64,000 bases of DNA from Piscinibacter terrae (GTDB taxonomy: Bacteria; Pseudomonadota; Gammaproteobacteria; Burkholderiales; Burkholderiaceae_C), in NCBI RefSeq assembly GCF_003852895.1, contig NZ_QUSW01000007.1, positions 231,411 through 295,410 on the forward strand, written 5' to 3'. A program made the translations under genes and the position numbers. Within the stretch, counting starts at the first letter, position 1, and the number at the start of each line of letters is the position of its first letter. The notes below the pieces were generated by a model. The model saw nothing but the letters and a program-made list of their open reading frames with translations, was not told the origin of the DNA and ran no database searches. Positions 53,203 through 62,616 of this stretch are shown here, piece after piece.

Positions 53203-54681
53203 TCAGAATCTCACCAGAACGCGATAGCGCAGCGTGGTGCTGCCGCCGGCCGGCACCGTCACCTGCCACTGCGCCGTGCCCGACGCCACCTTCGTGTGGC
53301 GCTGCGATTCCTCCAGCATCTGCCAGTCGCCCGGCACCGGCTCGCGAACAGTGACCGTCACCGTCTCGGTCTTGGCGTTGCGCAGCGTGATCTCGTAGGC
53401 GCTCTCGGACACGTAGCTCGCCTTGTTGGTCGGCTCGCGGCGCTTGAAGTCAGTCTGCTTCTTGTCGGCCGTGACGTCGAAGGCTTCGCCCAGCTTGAGC
53501 CGCACGGTCTCATTCTTGGGCGTGTGGTCGATGCGGTCTTCGCCGACGAACTGCGCATTGCCCATGCTGTCTCGCTTGTACACGCGCACCACGCCCTTGG
53601 GCAGCGGCTGGCCCAGGTGCGAAGCTTCGCGGTTCTCGAACTCCACGAACACGCCCAGCTTCATCTTCTGGCCGATGTCGCCGATGCTGTTGCGGTAGTA
53701 GTAGTCATTGCCTTGCAGCAGCAGCTCCTTCTTCACCGGCACGGCAGCGGCGTTGAGCAGCGCGACCTGCTTGGTCTGGTTGTCGGCCAGTGTGGTGGGG
53801 CGGTTCAGGGTGTAGAGGTGGTATTCGAACAGCGCTTCCTGCGCCATGCCCGCGGCTGCCACGGGTGCGGCCAGCATCGCGCGCTCGGCCTTGGCGGCCA
53901 CGCGCATCTCATCTCGCACCCGGTTCACGTTGCCCGCCACCAGCTGAAGCTTCGCATTGGGATAGGCCGTGCCGCTGCGGTTGGTGAGCGTGACCCAGCC
54001 GTTGAGGTCCAGCGTCTTGTCGTCAGCGCCCAGCTCGGCCACGTAGTCGGCCTGCCAATTCAGGCCGCCCGTGAGGTAGGACAGCTCCACCTGCTGCGAT
54101 CCCGCGCGGCGGTTGACGAGCTCCGTCACGAGGGTGGGGCGGTCGCGCAGGTTGGCCGGCACGTCGTCGTACACGATGCGGCCGGGCACGCCCGTCTCGA
54201 TGCGGTCGCCGATCTTCAGCACCACGCCGTTGTTCGCGGCCAGCACCTGCGCGGTCTCCACCGTCTCGGCGCCCGTGGTGGGGTGGGTCTTCACCACGCG
54301 CACGCTGCGGCCCACGTACTTCTCCAGCAGCTTGCCCGGCGTGAGCAGGTCGAAGTCGAAGTTCTGCTCCAGCAGGTCGAACGACCCCGGGTGCGACACG
54401 CTGCGCAGTTGCGCGGTCTCGGGCCGCATGCGCGCGCTGACGTCGCGCAGCGCGAGGCGGTTGGCGCCGGCATCCAGGCTCACGCTGCGCGCATCCTTCA
54501 CCAGCGCCAGGTCTTCGTTGTAGATTGTGATGGCGACGGCTTGCTGGTCGCTGAGCGTGACGCGGCGCTCCTGGACAGCCGTGTTGTCGGCCGGGCGCGA
54601 CTGGGCCGTTGCGCCCATGGCGGCCAACGCCAGAGCCAAGGCCAAAGCAAGGGTTGCGGGGCGGGGGCGGATCGAAGTCAT
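53203..54681 (-). CDS. DUF4139-domain exported protein (conserved hypothetical)
   Basis: Start MTSIRPRPATLALALALALAA signal peptide; 492 aa; DUF4139-like architecture with terminal ...YRVLVRF. Confidence 0.6.
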   Translation of the reverse strand: MTSIRPRPATLALALALALAAMGATAQSRPADNTAVQERRVTLSDQQAVAITIYNEDLALVKDARSVSLDAGANRLALRDVSARMRPETAQLRSVSHPGSFDLLEQNFDFDLLTPGKLLEKYVGRSVRVVKTHPTTGAETVETAQVLAANNGVVLKIGDRIETGVPGRIVYDDVPANLRDRPTLVTELVNRRAGSQQVELSYLTGGLNWQADYVAELGADDKTLDLNGWVTLTNRSGTAYPNAKLQLVAGNVNRVRDEMRVAAKAERAMLAAPVAAAGMAQEALFEYHLYTLNRPTTLADNQTKQVALLNAAAVPVKKELLLQGNDYYYRNSIGDIGQKMKLGVFVEFENREASHLGQPLPKGVVRVYKRDSMGNAQFVGEDRIDHTPKNETVRLKLGEAFDVTADKKQTDFKRREPTNKASYVSESAYEITLRNAKTETVTVTVREPVPGDWQMLEESQRHTKVASGTAQWQVTVPAGGSTTLRYRVLVRF

Positions 54682-54871
54682 GAAGGTCTCCTGCGAGGTG
54701 GGACGAGTGTCGTTCATGCCCCTTGTACGCACGGTCCCGGCCAATGGGGTGAATGCGCCTGGACCTTTTTGTCCGTCCCGCACATGGGGGATTCTTCGGG
54801 GGCGACTAGGGATGTTCCATGGGCGCACAGCGCACTACATTGCCGCCCACTCCAACAACGAGCTTGCGTCC

Positions 54872-57130
54872 ATGTCCCAGATCCAACGCCGCGACTTCAT
54901 CGCCACCGGCATCGCCGGCCTGAGCCTTCCGCTGTGGTCCACGCCGGCGCGTGCCGCACTCACGCCGCAGAACACCGTGGCATGGCATGGCCGCAACACC
55001 GCCGAGCACAAGGCCCTGGTGGACAAGTGGGCGGCCGATGGCTTCCGCACCCTGTCGCTGTCCATCTACGACGAGCCGGCCAACCCGCTGTACGCCGCGG
55101 TGATGGTCAAGCGCGCGGCGGTGCATGCCGAGCACCAGGTGTTCCCCCGCACCCATGCGCAGATGCTGCAGGAAATCACCGACCACACCAAGCAGGGCCG
55201 CGGCATGTACCTGGTGGGCGTGACCGGTTCGGGCAACTCGGCGGTGTATGCGGCCAGCTTCAAGCCGATGAACGACCTGCCCATCGTCCACCTGGACATG
55301 AGCCGCAGCGACTTCTCCACCATCAACACCGCCCAGCACAAGGCCGGCCGCATGCTGATGTGGGTGGATGCCTTCGGCGACGCCGCCAACCCGCGCTTCG
55401 CCGGGATCTGGAACACCAACCCCGGCAACGTGGCCTGGACCATCGATGGCTACGACCCCGCCACCGGCAAGCAGGACCTGGACCTCACCGACACCTTGCT
55501 GCAGCAGCGCTTCGAGGCCATCTCGTCCATCGGCGGGCGGCCGGCCCACATCGCGCTGTCGCCCAGCGGCGCCACGGTGGAGAACTTCGTGGACACCACC
55601 ATCGGCCCCTGGGTCTCGCGTGGCGCGATGACCTCGCAGGCCTACCAGGACGAGTTCGACAAGCAGGTGAAGGCAGGCCGCCTGCCGCTGCAGGTCTCGG
55701 CCAACGGCTCCGGTGCCAACGCGCGCTTCGCCGCCATCTTCGCCACGCGCGAGGAGACCGATGCCCGCGTGCACCGCAACCAGGGCCCGGTCACCGTCGC
55801 CGCCATCGACAAGGCGATGAAGGACTACCTGGAAGCCGAGAACCTTCGCGGCGTGGCGCTGGCCATCGCGCGCGGCAACAAGCTGGTGTACGCCAAGGGC
55901 TACACCTGGGCCGAGCCCGGCTACACCGACATCACGCCGCAGACCCTGTTCCGCCAGGCCAGCGTGTCCAAGACCTACTGCGGCGTGGCCATGATGCGGC
56001 TGATGCAGCTCAAGCCCGAGATCAAGCTGGACACCAAGGTCCAGAGCATCATGAACCTCAAGCAGCCCAACGGGAGCGCGCCGGCGGACTCGCGCTGGGC
56101 CGACATCACCATCAAGCACCTGCTGGAAAGCGACTCGGGCATTCCGCAAGGGCTGATGTACAGCAGCGCCGCCGCGGCCCAGGCCTTCAACAAGCCGCTG
56201 CCGGCCACGCATGCGCAGCTGCTCAGCTACGCCACCACCCAGATGCTCACCGGCGCGCCGGGCGACAAGAACAACTCGGTGTACGGCAACTTCGACTACA
56301 TGTTCCTCGGCGAGATCATTGCCAAGGTGCTGGGCGTGGGCAGCTTCGTGCAGGCGCTGGACCAGCTCGTGCTCAAGCCGCTGAGCCTGACCCACACCCG
56401 CGGCTCGCGCAGTCTCATCACCGACCAGTTGCCCGGCGAGGCCCGCCACCACATGACGGTGTACGACCCGGACGCCGGCTGGGCGCTGTATCCCTTCGAG
56501 GTGCTGCCTGACCAGCGCGGCCTGGGCGGCAAGCTCGTTCCCACGCACTACGGCAACCTCGACTATGAGATGTTCACCGGTGCCGGCGGCCTCTCGGCCT
56601 CGGTGGTGGACGTGGCGCGCCTGGGCGCGATGTTCAGCGTGCGCAGCGGCAACCCGGTGCTCAGCAGCGACACCATCGACAAGATGATGCAGGCCGTGGT
56701 CGATGCGGGCGCCACGCTCAAGACCTCCGCCGGCAAGGGCTCGCACGGCTACTACGGGCTGGACTGGGCGCAGATCAATGATGCCGCCAAGCACGTGGTC
56801 ACCGGCTCCAAGGGCGGCTGGCTGCCGGGGCAGGGCACGGTGCTGCAGTTCACCACCGGCGGCTTCACCTATGCCATTGCCATCAACGGCAATGCCGACG
56901 TGAAGTTCGACTGGATGACGCCCGTGGCCACGGCGGCGCAGGCGCAGTCGTGGAGCGACGACGACCTGTTCCACACCGCCTTCGGGATGCCCACGCTGGG
57001 CAACAACTTCTCGCAGATCATCCAGCTGCCGGTGAGCCAGCTGCAGGCGGTGAAGTCCATGACCATGGTGCGCGAGTCCATGGGCGTGGCGCGGCCGACG
57101 AGGCCGCAGTTCATCCTGCAAAAACGCTGA
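54872..57130 (+). CDS. Tat-exported serine hydrolase of the beta-lactamase/PBP superfamily with N-terminal triple-repeat domain
   Basis: Start MSQIQRRDFIATGIAGLSLPLWSTPARA (Tat); three about 110-aa N-terminal repeats; C-terminal beta-lactamase domain with SxxK (FRQASVSKTY) and downstream YxN-like motifs. Confidence 0.7.
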   Translation: MSQIQRRDFIATGIAGLSLPLWSTPARAALTPQNTVAWHGRNTAEHKALVDKWAADGFRTLSLSIYDEPANPLYAAVMVKRAAVHAEHQVFPRTHAQMLQEITDHTKQGRGMYLVGVTGSGNSAVYAASFKPMNDLPIVHLDMSRSDFSTINTAQHKAGRMLMWVDAFGDAANPRFAGIWNTNPGNVAWTIDGYDPATGKQDLDLTDTLLQQRFEAISSIGGRPAHIALSPSGATVENFVDTTIGPWVSRGAMTSQAYQDEFDKQVKAGRLPLQVSANGSGANARFAAIFATREETDARVHRNQGPVTVAAIDKAMKDYLEAENLRGVALAIARGNKLVYAKGYTWAEPGYTDITPQTLFRQASVSKTYCGVAMMRLMQLKPEIKLDTKVQSIMNLKQPNGSAPADSRWADITIKHLLESDSGIPQGLMYSSAAAAQAFNKPLPATHAQLLSYATTQMLTGAPGDKNNSVYGNFDYMFLGEIIAKVLGVGSFVQALDQLVLKPLSLTHTRGSRSLITDQLPGEARHHMTVYDPDAGWALYPFEVLPDQRGLGGKLVPTHYGNLDYEMFTGAGGLSASVVDVARLGAMFSVRSGNPVLSSDTIDKMMQAVVDAGATLKTSAGKGSHGYYGLDWAQINDAAKHVVTGSKGGWLPGQGTVLQFTTGGFTYAIAINGNADVKFDWMTPVATAAQAQSWSDDDLFHTAFGMPTLGNNFSQIIQLPVSQLQAVKSMTMVRESMGVARPTRPQFILQKR

Positions 57131-57967
57131 TCAGGTGACGCGCTGGCGCTGGGTCCCCAGGGGCCCGGCGCTGAGCGTCATCACGTCGCCACGCTTGAGG
57201 AACACCGGCGGCTTCATGCCCAGGCCCACACCGGCCGGCGTGCCGGTGATGATCACGTCACCGGGCAGCAGCGTCATGAACTGGCTGAGGTAGGACACGA
57301 TGTGCGCCACCGGGAAGATCATGTCCGAGCTGTGGCCGTCCTGGCGCAGTTCGCCGTTCACGCGCAGCTCCAGCGGGATGGTCTGCGGGTCGGGCAGTTC
57401 ATCGGCCGTGACCAGCCACGGGCCGATGGGGCCGAAGCCGTCGTAGCTCTTGCCCTTGATCCATTGCCCATTGCGCTTCATCTGCCAGTCGCGCTCGGAG
57501 ATGTCGTTGGCGAGCACGTAGCCGGCCACGTGCGACAGGGCCCGCTCCGCGCTCACGCGCTGCGCCGTGGTGCCGATGACGAAACCCAGCTCCACTTCCC
57601 AGTCGGATGCCTGCGAACCTTCGGGCAGCGCCACGTCGTCGTTCGGCCCGGCCAGCGCGGTGATGGCCTTGGAGAACACGACAGGCTCCTTGGGAATCTC
57701 CAGGCCGGCTTCTTCCGCATGCTTGCGGTAGTTCAGGCCGATGGCGATGAATTGGCGCGAGCCCGCGATGGGCACGCCCAGGCGCTCTCCTTCAGGCACC
57801 AGCGGCATGCGGCGCAAATCGATTGCAGCCAGGGCGTTGAGCTTGGCAGGGGACAGCCATTGCGGCGTGAAATCGGGAACGAGCAGCGAGAGGTCGCGCG
57901 GACGACCGTCGCCGTCGAGTGCGCCCGGTTTTTCCTGCCCTGCCGGGCCGTGTCGCAGCAGCTTCAT
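57131..57967 (-). CDS. fumarylacetoacetate hydrolase (FAH) family protein
   Basis: Start MKLLRHGPAGQEKPGALDGDG; FAH-fold motifs (LPEGSQASDWEVELGFVIG, ANDISERDWQ, DVIITGTPAGVG). Confidence 0.8.
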   Translation of the reverse strand: MKLLRHGPAGQEKPGALDGDGRPRDLSLLVPDFTPQWLSPAKLNALAAIDLRRMPLVPEGERLGVPIAGSRQFIAIGLNYRKHAEEAGLEIPKEPVVFSKAITALAGPNDDVALPEGSQASDWEVELGFVIGTTAQRVSAERALSHVAGYVLANDISERDWQMKRNGQWIKGKSYDGFGPIGPWLVTADELPDPQTIPLELRVNGELRQDGHSSDMIFPVAHIVSYLSQFMTLLPGDVIITGTPAGVGLGMKPPVFLKRGDVMTLSAGPLGTQRQRVT

Positions 57968-58113
57968 GGAAAACGTCCTTGTGCGATTTGGGGTCTTGAT
58001 GATGAGGCATTTGGTAACACACGCGAGCACATCGTCCCCCTAAACGCAGGGGGCTGGTACTGCAGCGCCCAACCTAAGCTTCGCGCTCCAACAATTCACG
58101 GGAGAGAGATTCC

Positions 58114-58929
58114 ATGCGATCCATTCTTGCCGGCTTGTGCTGCCTGACCCTGGCGGCTTCGGGTGCCCACGCCGCGACCTCCAACGCCAGTGCCCAGCTC
58201 GGGACCTTGCATTTCAGCGTGACCGATCTGGACCTCACCGATGGCGTGACGGCCGACTACTCACTGCTGCAAAGCGTCGATGGCCCAGCGGGCAACGGCA
58301 GGTCCGTGGCACGCTTCGGTGCGGCCGACGTCATCACGGTCGAGAACCGGGTTGAAGGCCCCGAGACCTTCGGAGCCTACGTACCGGTCAGCGCACTGAG
58401 TGCGGCGGCGCAGGCACGTGTGACCCTGGTCCCGGGCGGGGCGACAGCCGAGGCGAGCGCGATCAAGGACAACGCCTTCGCAGAGTCCGGGGCGCTCTCG
58501 TCCACCGGCTACCTGAGCAGCGCCCCCTACGCGTTCACGCTGGAGTTGACCGCGAACACCGCGCTCACCATCACCATGGACGCCGCCACGCTGGCCTCCG
58601 CGGGCACGGTGTGCGGCATCCTCGGCGATTTCTGCGGAAGCGCTGCGTCCTTCGTGAGCCTCTCCGGGCGCATGCGGGTGGCCGGAGAAGGCACCACCGA
58701 GAGCGTTCTGCGCAGCGATGCCGGTTTCCTGTCCGGCAGCGCCTTTGACGCGAAGACCGGGCTGCTCACCATCACGCTCTTCAACCACCAGGCGTTCACC
58801 AACTCGGGGTGGCTGGACACCTCCGTCTACTCCACTGCCTCGGTCGTGCCGGAGCCTGAGACCTATGCGTTGATGCTGGCCGGCCTCGCGCTCATCGCCG
58901 GCCTCCGCCGGCGCCGCAGCGTCCGGTAG
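58114..58929 (+). CDS. PEP-CTERM sorting-domain secreted protein
   Basis: Signal peptide; C-terminal VPEPETYALMLAGLALIAGLRRRRS PEP-CTERM anchor. Confidence 0.75.
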   Translation: MRSILAGLCCLTLAASGAHAATSNASAQLGTLHFSVTDLDLTDGVTADYSLLQSVDGPAGNGRSVARFGAADVITVENRVEGPETFGAYVPVSALSAAAQARVTLVPGGATAEASAIKDNAFAESGALSSTGYLSSAPYAFTLELTANTALTITMDAATLASAGTVCGILGDFCGSAASFVSLSGRMRVAGEGTTESVLRSDAGFLSGSAFDAKTGLLTITLFNHQAFTNSGWLDTSVYSTASVVPEPETYALMLAGLALIAGLRRRRSVR

Positions 58930-58948
58930 ATGGCGCCCGGCCGCCGGT

Positions 58949-59251
58949 TCAGGCCGACTTCGCCAGCAAGCTGAAGTGCTCCACCACCGGCGGCTTGGCG
59001 AAGTACGGCCCGACGATCGCCCGCCACTGCGGGAACAGCGGGCCGCCGCGGAAGCCGACGGTGTGGTCCTCCAGCGTGTCCCAATAGATCATCAGCACGT
59101 AGCGCTCGGGCGATTCGATGCCCTTGTTGACCTTGAAGCCGCGAAAGCCCTGGGCCTGCGAGACGACGGTGGCGATGCCGCGCTGGATGGCTTCGTCGAA
59201 TTCCGCCTGTTTGCCGGGCGGGATGGTGATGTCGGCGATTTCAAGGATCAT
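58949..59251 (-). CDS. antibiotic-biosynthesis-monooxygenase (ABM)-like small protein
   Basis: 100 aa from MILEIADITIPPGKQAEFDEAI...; ferredoxin-like ABM pattern. Confidence 0.55.
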   Translation of the reverse strand: MILEIADITIPPGKQAEFDEAIQRGIATVVSQAQGFRGFKVNKGIESPERYVLMIYWDTLEDHTVGFRGGPLFPQWRAIVGPYFAKPPVVEHFSLLAKSA

Positions 59252-59286
59252 GGTGCTTGTCAGGTTGATGGTGCCGGCGCCGATTC

Positions 59287-59991
59287 TCACACCCCGAGCC
59301 AGCGCGCCAGCCCGTCGTGGTCGCGCGCCAGTTCGGCGGACGCGCCTTCCATGACGATGCGGCCCTTCTCCATCACCACCGCGCGGTCGGTGTGCGCCAG
59401 TACGGCGCGGTAGTTGCGGTCCACGATCAGCGTGCCGATGCCCGTGGCGCGGATCTCGCTGATCACGCGCCAGATCTCCGCCACCACCAGCGGCGCGAGG
59501 CCCTCGGTGGCTTCGTCAAGGATGAGCAGCCGAGGGTTGGTCATCAGCGCGCGGCCGATCGCCAGCATCTGCTGCTCACCGCCGGACAGTTGCTGGCCGC
59601 CGTGCCTGAGCCGCTCGGCCAGGCGCGGGAAGGTGTGCAGCACGCGCTCCAGCGACCAGTGCTGCTCGCCGCCGACGCCGGCGCGTGCGCACATCACGAG
59701 GTTCTCGCGCACCGAGAGGTTGGCGAAGATGCCCCGGCCCTCGGGCACGTAGCCCACGCCCAGCCGCGCGATGCGCTCGGGCGCGAAGCCGGTGACCTCG
59801 CGATCTCCCCAACGCAACGACCCACCGGTGGCGCGCACATAGCCCATCAGCGTGCGGATGAGCGTGGTCTTGCCCATGCCGTTGCGTCCCAGCAGGCCGG
59901 TGGAGACGCCCGCTGGCAGCGACAGGCTCACGCCGCGCAGCACGTGGCTGTCGCCGTAGTGGGCATGGAGCTGGTCGACGTACAGCATCAA
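59287..59991 (-). CDS. livF: branched-chain amino acid ABC transporter ATP-binding protein LivF
   Basis: Walker A GRNGMGKTT, signature LSGGEQQML, Walker B LLILDEAT; ATGA overlap with livG. Confidence 0.9.
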   Translation of the reverse strand: MMLYVDQLHAHYGDSHVLRGVSLSLPAGVSTGLLGRNGMGKTTLIRTLMGYVRATGGSLRWGDREVTGFAPERIARLGVGYVPEGRGIFANLSVRENLVMCARAGVGGEQHWSLERVLHTFPRLAERLRHGGQQLSGGEQQMLAIGRALMTNPRLLILDEATEGLAPLVVAEIWRVISEIRATGIGTLIVDRNYRAVLAHTDRAVVMEKGRIVMEGASAELARDHDGLARWLGV

Positions 59992-60749
59992 TGCCCCTGC
60001 GTGCCATCGCCGAGGTAGGCCATCTGCACCTCGCGGTTGTTGCGGATATGCTGTGGCCTGTCGCTGGCGATGGTCTCGCCGTTGACCATCACCGTGATGC
60101 GGTCGGCGATGCGGAACACCGCGTCCATGTCGTGTTCGACCAGCAGTACCGCATGCCCGGCCTTGAGCTGGTCCAGCAGGCCCAGCATGCGTTCGCTTTC
60201 CTCCGCACCCATGCCGGCCAGCGGCTCGTCCAGCAGCAGCACGCACGGGCGCGTGGCCAGGCACATCGCGATCTCCAGTTGGCGCTTGCCGCCGTGGCTC
60301 AGGGCACCGGCGGGGCGCTGTGCGTGCTCCTCCAGCCCCGTTGCGGCCAAGGCCTCGTGCGCGGCGCGCGTGCTCGCATCGCAACGCGCGGCGGATTCCC
60401 ACAGGGCCCATGCCCGCGGCTGCATCGCTTGCGCTGCCAGCCGGCAGTTCTCGAACACGCTGAATTCCGCAAAGACGGTGGTGCGCTGGTAGCTGCGGCC
60501 AACGCCGGCGCGGGCGCGCCGTGGTTGTGGCCAGCGCGTCACCTCGTGGCCCGCGAATTCGATGCGGCCGCTGGTGGCGGGCAGTTCGCCCGACAGCATG
60601 TTGATCAGCGTGGACTTGCCCGCGCCATTGGTGCCGATCACGGCATGCACCTCGCCCACGTTCAAGTCCAGGCTCACGCCATTGACGGCGGCCAGCCCGC
60701 CGAAGCGGCGCGTCAGGCCCGTCGCGCGAAGCAGGGGCGCCTCAGTCAT
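59988..60749 (-). CDS. livG: branched-chain amino acid ABC transporter ATP-binding protein LivG
   Basis: Walker A GTNGAGKST, signature LSHGGKRQLEI, Walker B LLLDEPLAG. Confidence 0.9.
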   Translation of the reverse strand: MTEAPLLRATGLTRRFGGLAAVNGVSLDLNVGEVHAVIGTNGAGKSTLINMLSGELPATSGRIEFAGHEVTRWPQPRRARAGVGRSYQRTTVFAEFSVFENCRLAAQAMQPRAWALWESAARCDASTRAAHEALAATGLEEHAQRPAGALSHGGKRQLEIAMCLATRPCVLLLDEPLAGMGAEESERMLGLLDQLKAGHAVLLVEHDMDAVFRIADRITVMVNGETIASDRPQHIRNNREVQMAYLGDGTQGH

Positions 60750-61731
60750 GGGCGGGCTCCCCGGTGGCCGCCGGCTTGACGCGCCTCACGCTGGCCAATC
60801 CGATCAGCCCGCGCGGCAGCAAGGCCACGAAGGCGATCACCGTGAAGCCGTAGGTGAGCTGCCAATGCGACGCCAGCGCCCCCAGCCAGGCCTCGGTCTG
60901 GAAAAACTCCTTGAGCAGCGTGAGCGCGATCGCGCCCAGCACCGCGCCGCGCAAGTGGCCGATGCCGCCGAGGATCACCATCAGCAGCACGCCGCCGGAT
61001 TCATGCCAGCTCAGCAGCTCCGGGTTGACGGCGCCGTCCTTCACCGCGAGCAGGAAGCCCGCGAGGCCCGCGAGAGCACCGGCCAGCACGAAGGCGGCCA
61101 GCTTGTACGCAGTGGTCGGGAAGCCCGTGGCCCGCATGCGCTGCTCGTTCGCGCGGATGCCCGCCAATGCATGGCCGAAGCGCGAGCGCCGCACCAGCGC
61201 CAGCAGCGCATACGTGAAGACCAGCGCGGCCCACACGGCGAAGTAGATGTGCTGCTTGTCGTCGAGGTTGACCAGCGTCTTGCCGCCGAAGGCCAGCACC
61301 GGCTTGTTGTAGAGGAACAGCCCGTCGCTGCCGCCGGCGATCCTGGTGTCGTGCACCACGAAGTAGGCCATCTGCGCGAAGGCCAGCGTGACCATGATGA
61401 AGTACACGCCCTTGGTGCGCAGGCTGAGCGCGCCGACGAAGAGGGCGTACAGCGCGGCGGCGCCGATGGCGGCGAGCAATGTCGTTGCCAGGCCAGGCGC
61501 AGACGCATCGGCCGCGAGCAGCACCGTCACGTAGGCGCCGATGCCCAGGAACGCGGCATGGCCCAGGCTCACGAGTCCCGTCATGCCCACCAGCAATTCC
61601 AGGCTGAGCGCAAAGATGGCGTAGATGGCGATCTTCACCACCAGGTCATGCGTGTATGGCGTGAGCACCACGGGCAGGGCCGCCAGCAGCAAGGCGGCGA
61701 TCGCCGGCGTCAACCAGGCAGGCCATTTCAT
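60742..61731 (-). CDS. livM: branched-chain amino acid ABC transporter permease LivM
   Basis: Start MKWPAWLTPAIAALLLA at 61731 (3 nt after livH stop); TM-rich; the 612-aa track ORF is an out-of-frame read-through. Confidence 0.85.
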   Translation of the reverse strand: MKWPAWLTPAIAALLLAALPVVLTPYTHDLVVKIAIYAIFALSLELLVGMTGLVSLGHAAFLGIGAYVTVLLAADASAPGLATTLLAAIGAAALYALFVGALSLRTKGVYFIMVTLAFAQMAYFVVHDTRIAGGSDGLFLYNKPVLAFGGKTLVNLDDKQHIYFAVWAALVFTYALLALVRRSRFGHALAGIRANEQRMRATGFPTTAYKLAAFVLAGALAGLAGFLLAVKDGAVNPELLSWHESGGVLLMVILGGIGHLRGAVLGAIALTLLKEFFQTEAWLGALASHWQLTYGFTVIAFVALLPRGLIGLASVRRVKPAATGEPAHD

Positions 61732-61733
61732 CG

Positions 61734-62606
61734 TCAGGCCGCCCGCCGCACCAGGCCCTCGGGCCGCCACACCAGGATGACGGCCATCAACAGGTACACC
61801 CCCACGCCGCTGTACTCCGAGAAGAACACCTTGCCGAAGGTGTCCACGACACCCACCAGCAGCGACGCCACCAGCGCGCCGGTGATGGAGCCGATGCCGC
61901 CGATCACCACCACCACGAAGCAGATGATGAGCACGCTGGAGCCCATGCCCGGGTACACCGAGGACATCGGCGCCGCGATCATCCCCGCCAGCGCGGCCAG
62001 CGCCACGCCGCCCGCGAACACCGTGCGGTACAGCAGCTGGATGTTCACGCCCAGCCCGCGCACCATGTCGCGGTTGCTCGCGCCGGCGCGGATCATCATG
62101 CCCAGCCGCGTGCGGTTGACCACCCAGTACAGCCCGACGGCCAGCACGATGCACGCCGCCGAGGCGAAGAGCCGGTACCACGGGTAGGACATCAGGCTGC
62201 CCAGCGCGAAGCTCCCCGACAGCCACTGTGGAATCGGCACCCCGTGCACGTCGTTGCCCACCAGCAGCGAGCGCACTTCCTCGAACACGAGGATGAGCGC
62301 GTAGGTCATCAGCACCTGCTGCAGGTGCTCGCGCTGGTAGAGGAAGCTGAAGAACACCCACTCCAGCACGAAGCCGAAGAGGGCCGCCAGCACCACGCCC
62401 GCGAGCAGCATGCCGATGAAGTTGCCACCGAACGCCGGCGCCAGCACGAAGGCCATGTAGGCGCCCAGCATGTAGAAGCTGCCATGGGCGAGGTTGATCA
62501 CGCCCATGATCCCGAAGATGAGCGTCAGGCCACTGGCGACCAGGAAGAGCAGCAAGCCGTACTGGACGGCGTTGAGGCACTGGACGAGGAAGGTGGGGAG
62601 GTCCAC
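61734..62606 (-). CDS. livH: branched-chain amino acid ABC transporter permease LivH
   Basis: 290 aa TM-rich permease (MDLPTFLVQCLNAVQYGLLLFLVASGLTLIFG...). Confidence 0.9.
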   Translation of the reverse strand: MDLPTFLVQCLNAVQYGLLLFLVASGLTLIFGIMGVINLAHGSFYMLGAYMAFVLAPAFGGNFIGMLLAGVVLAALFGFVLEWVFFSFLYQREHLQQVLMTYALILVFEEVRSLLVGNDVHGVPIPQWLSGSFALGSLMSYPWYRLFASAACIVLAVGLYWVVNRTRLGMMIRAGASNRDMVRGLGVNIQLLYRTVFAGGVALAALAGMIAAPMSSVYPGMGSSVLIICFVVVVIGGIGSITGALVASLLVGVVDTFGKVFFSEYSGVGVYLLMAVILVWRPEGLVRRAA

Positions 62607-62616
62607 TCAGCCTCGG

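Noticed and set aside
60742-62580. 612-aa ORF apparently fusing livM and livH
   Set aside because: The N-terminal 280 aa are an out-of-frame read of livH with no TM pattern; true livM starts at 61731 (MKWPAWL) three nt after the livH stop, and livH is the separate frame 61734-62606.
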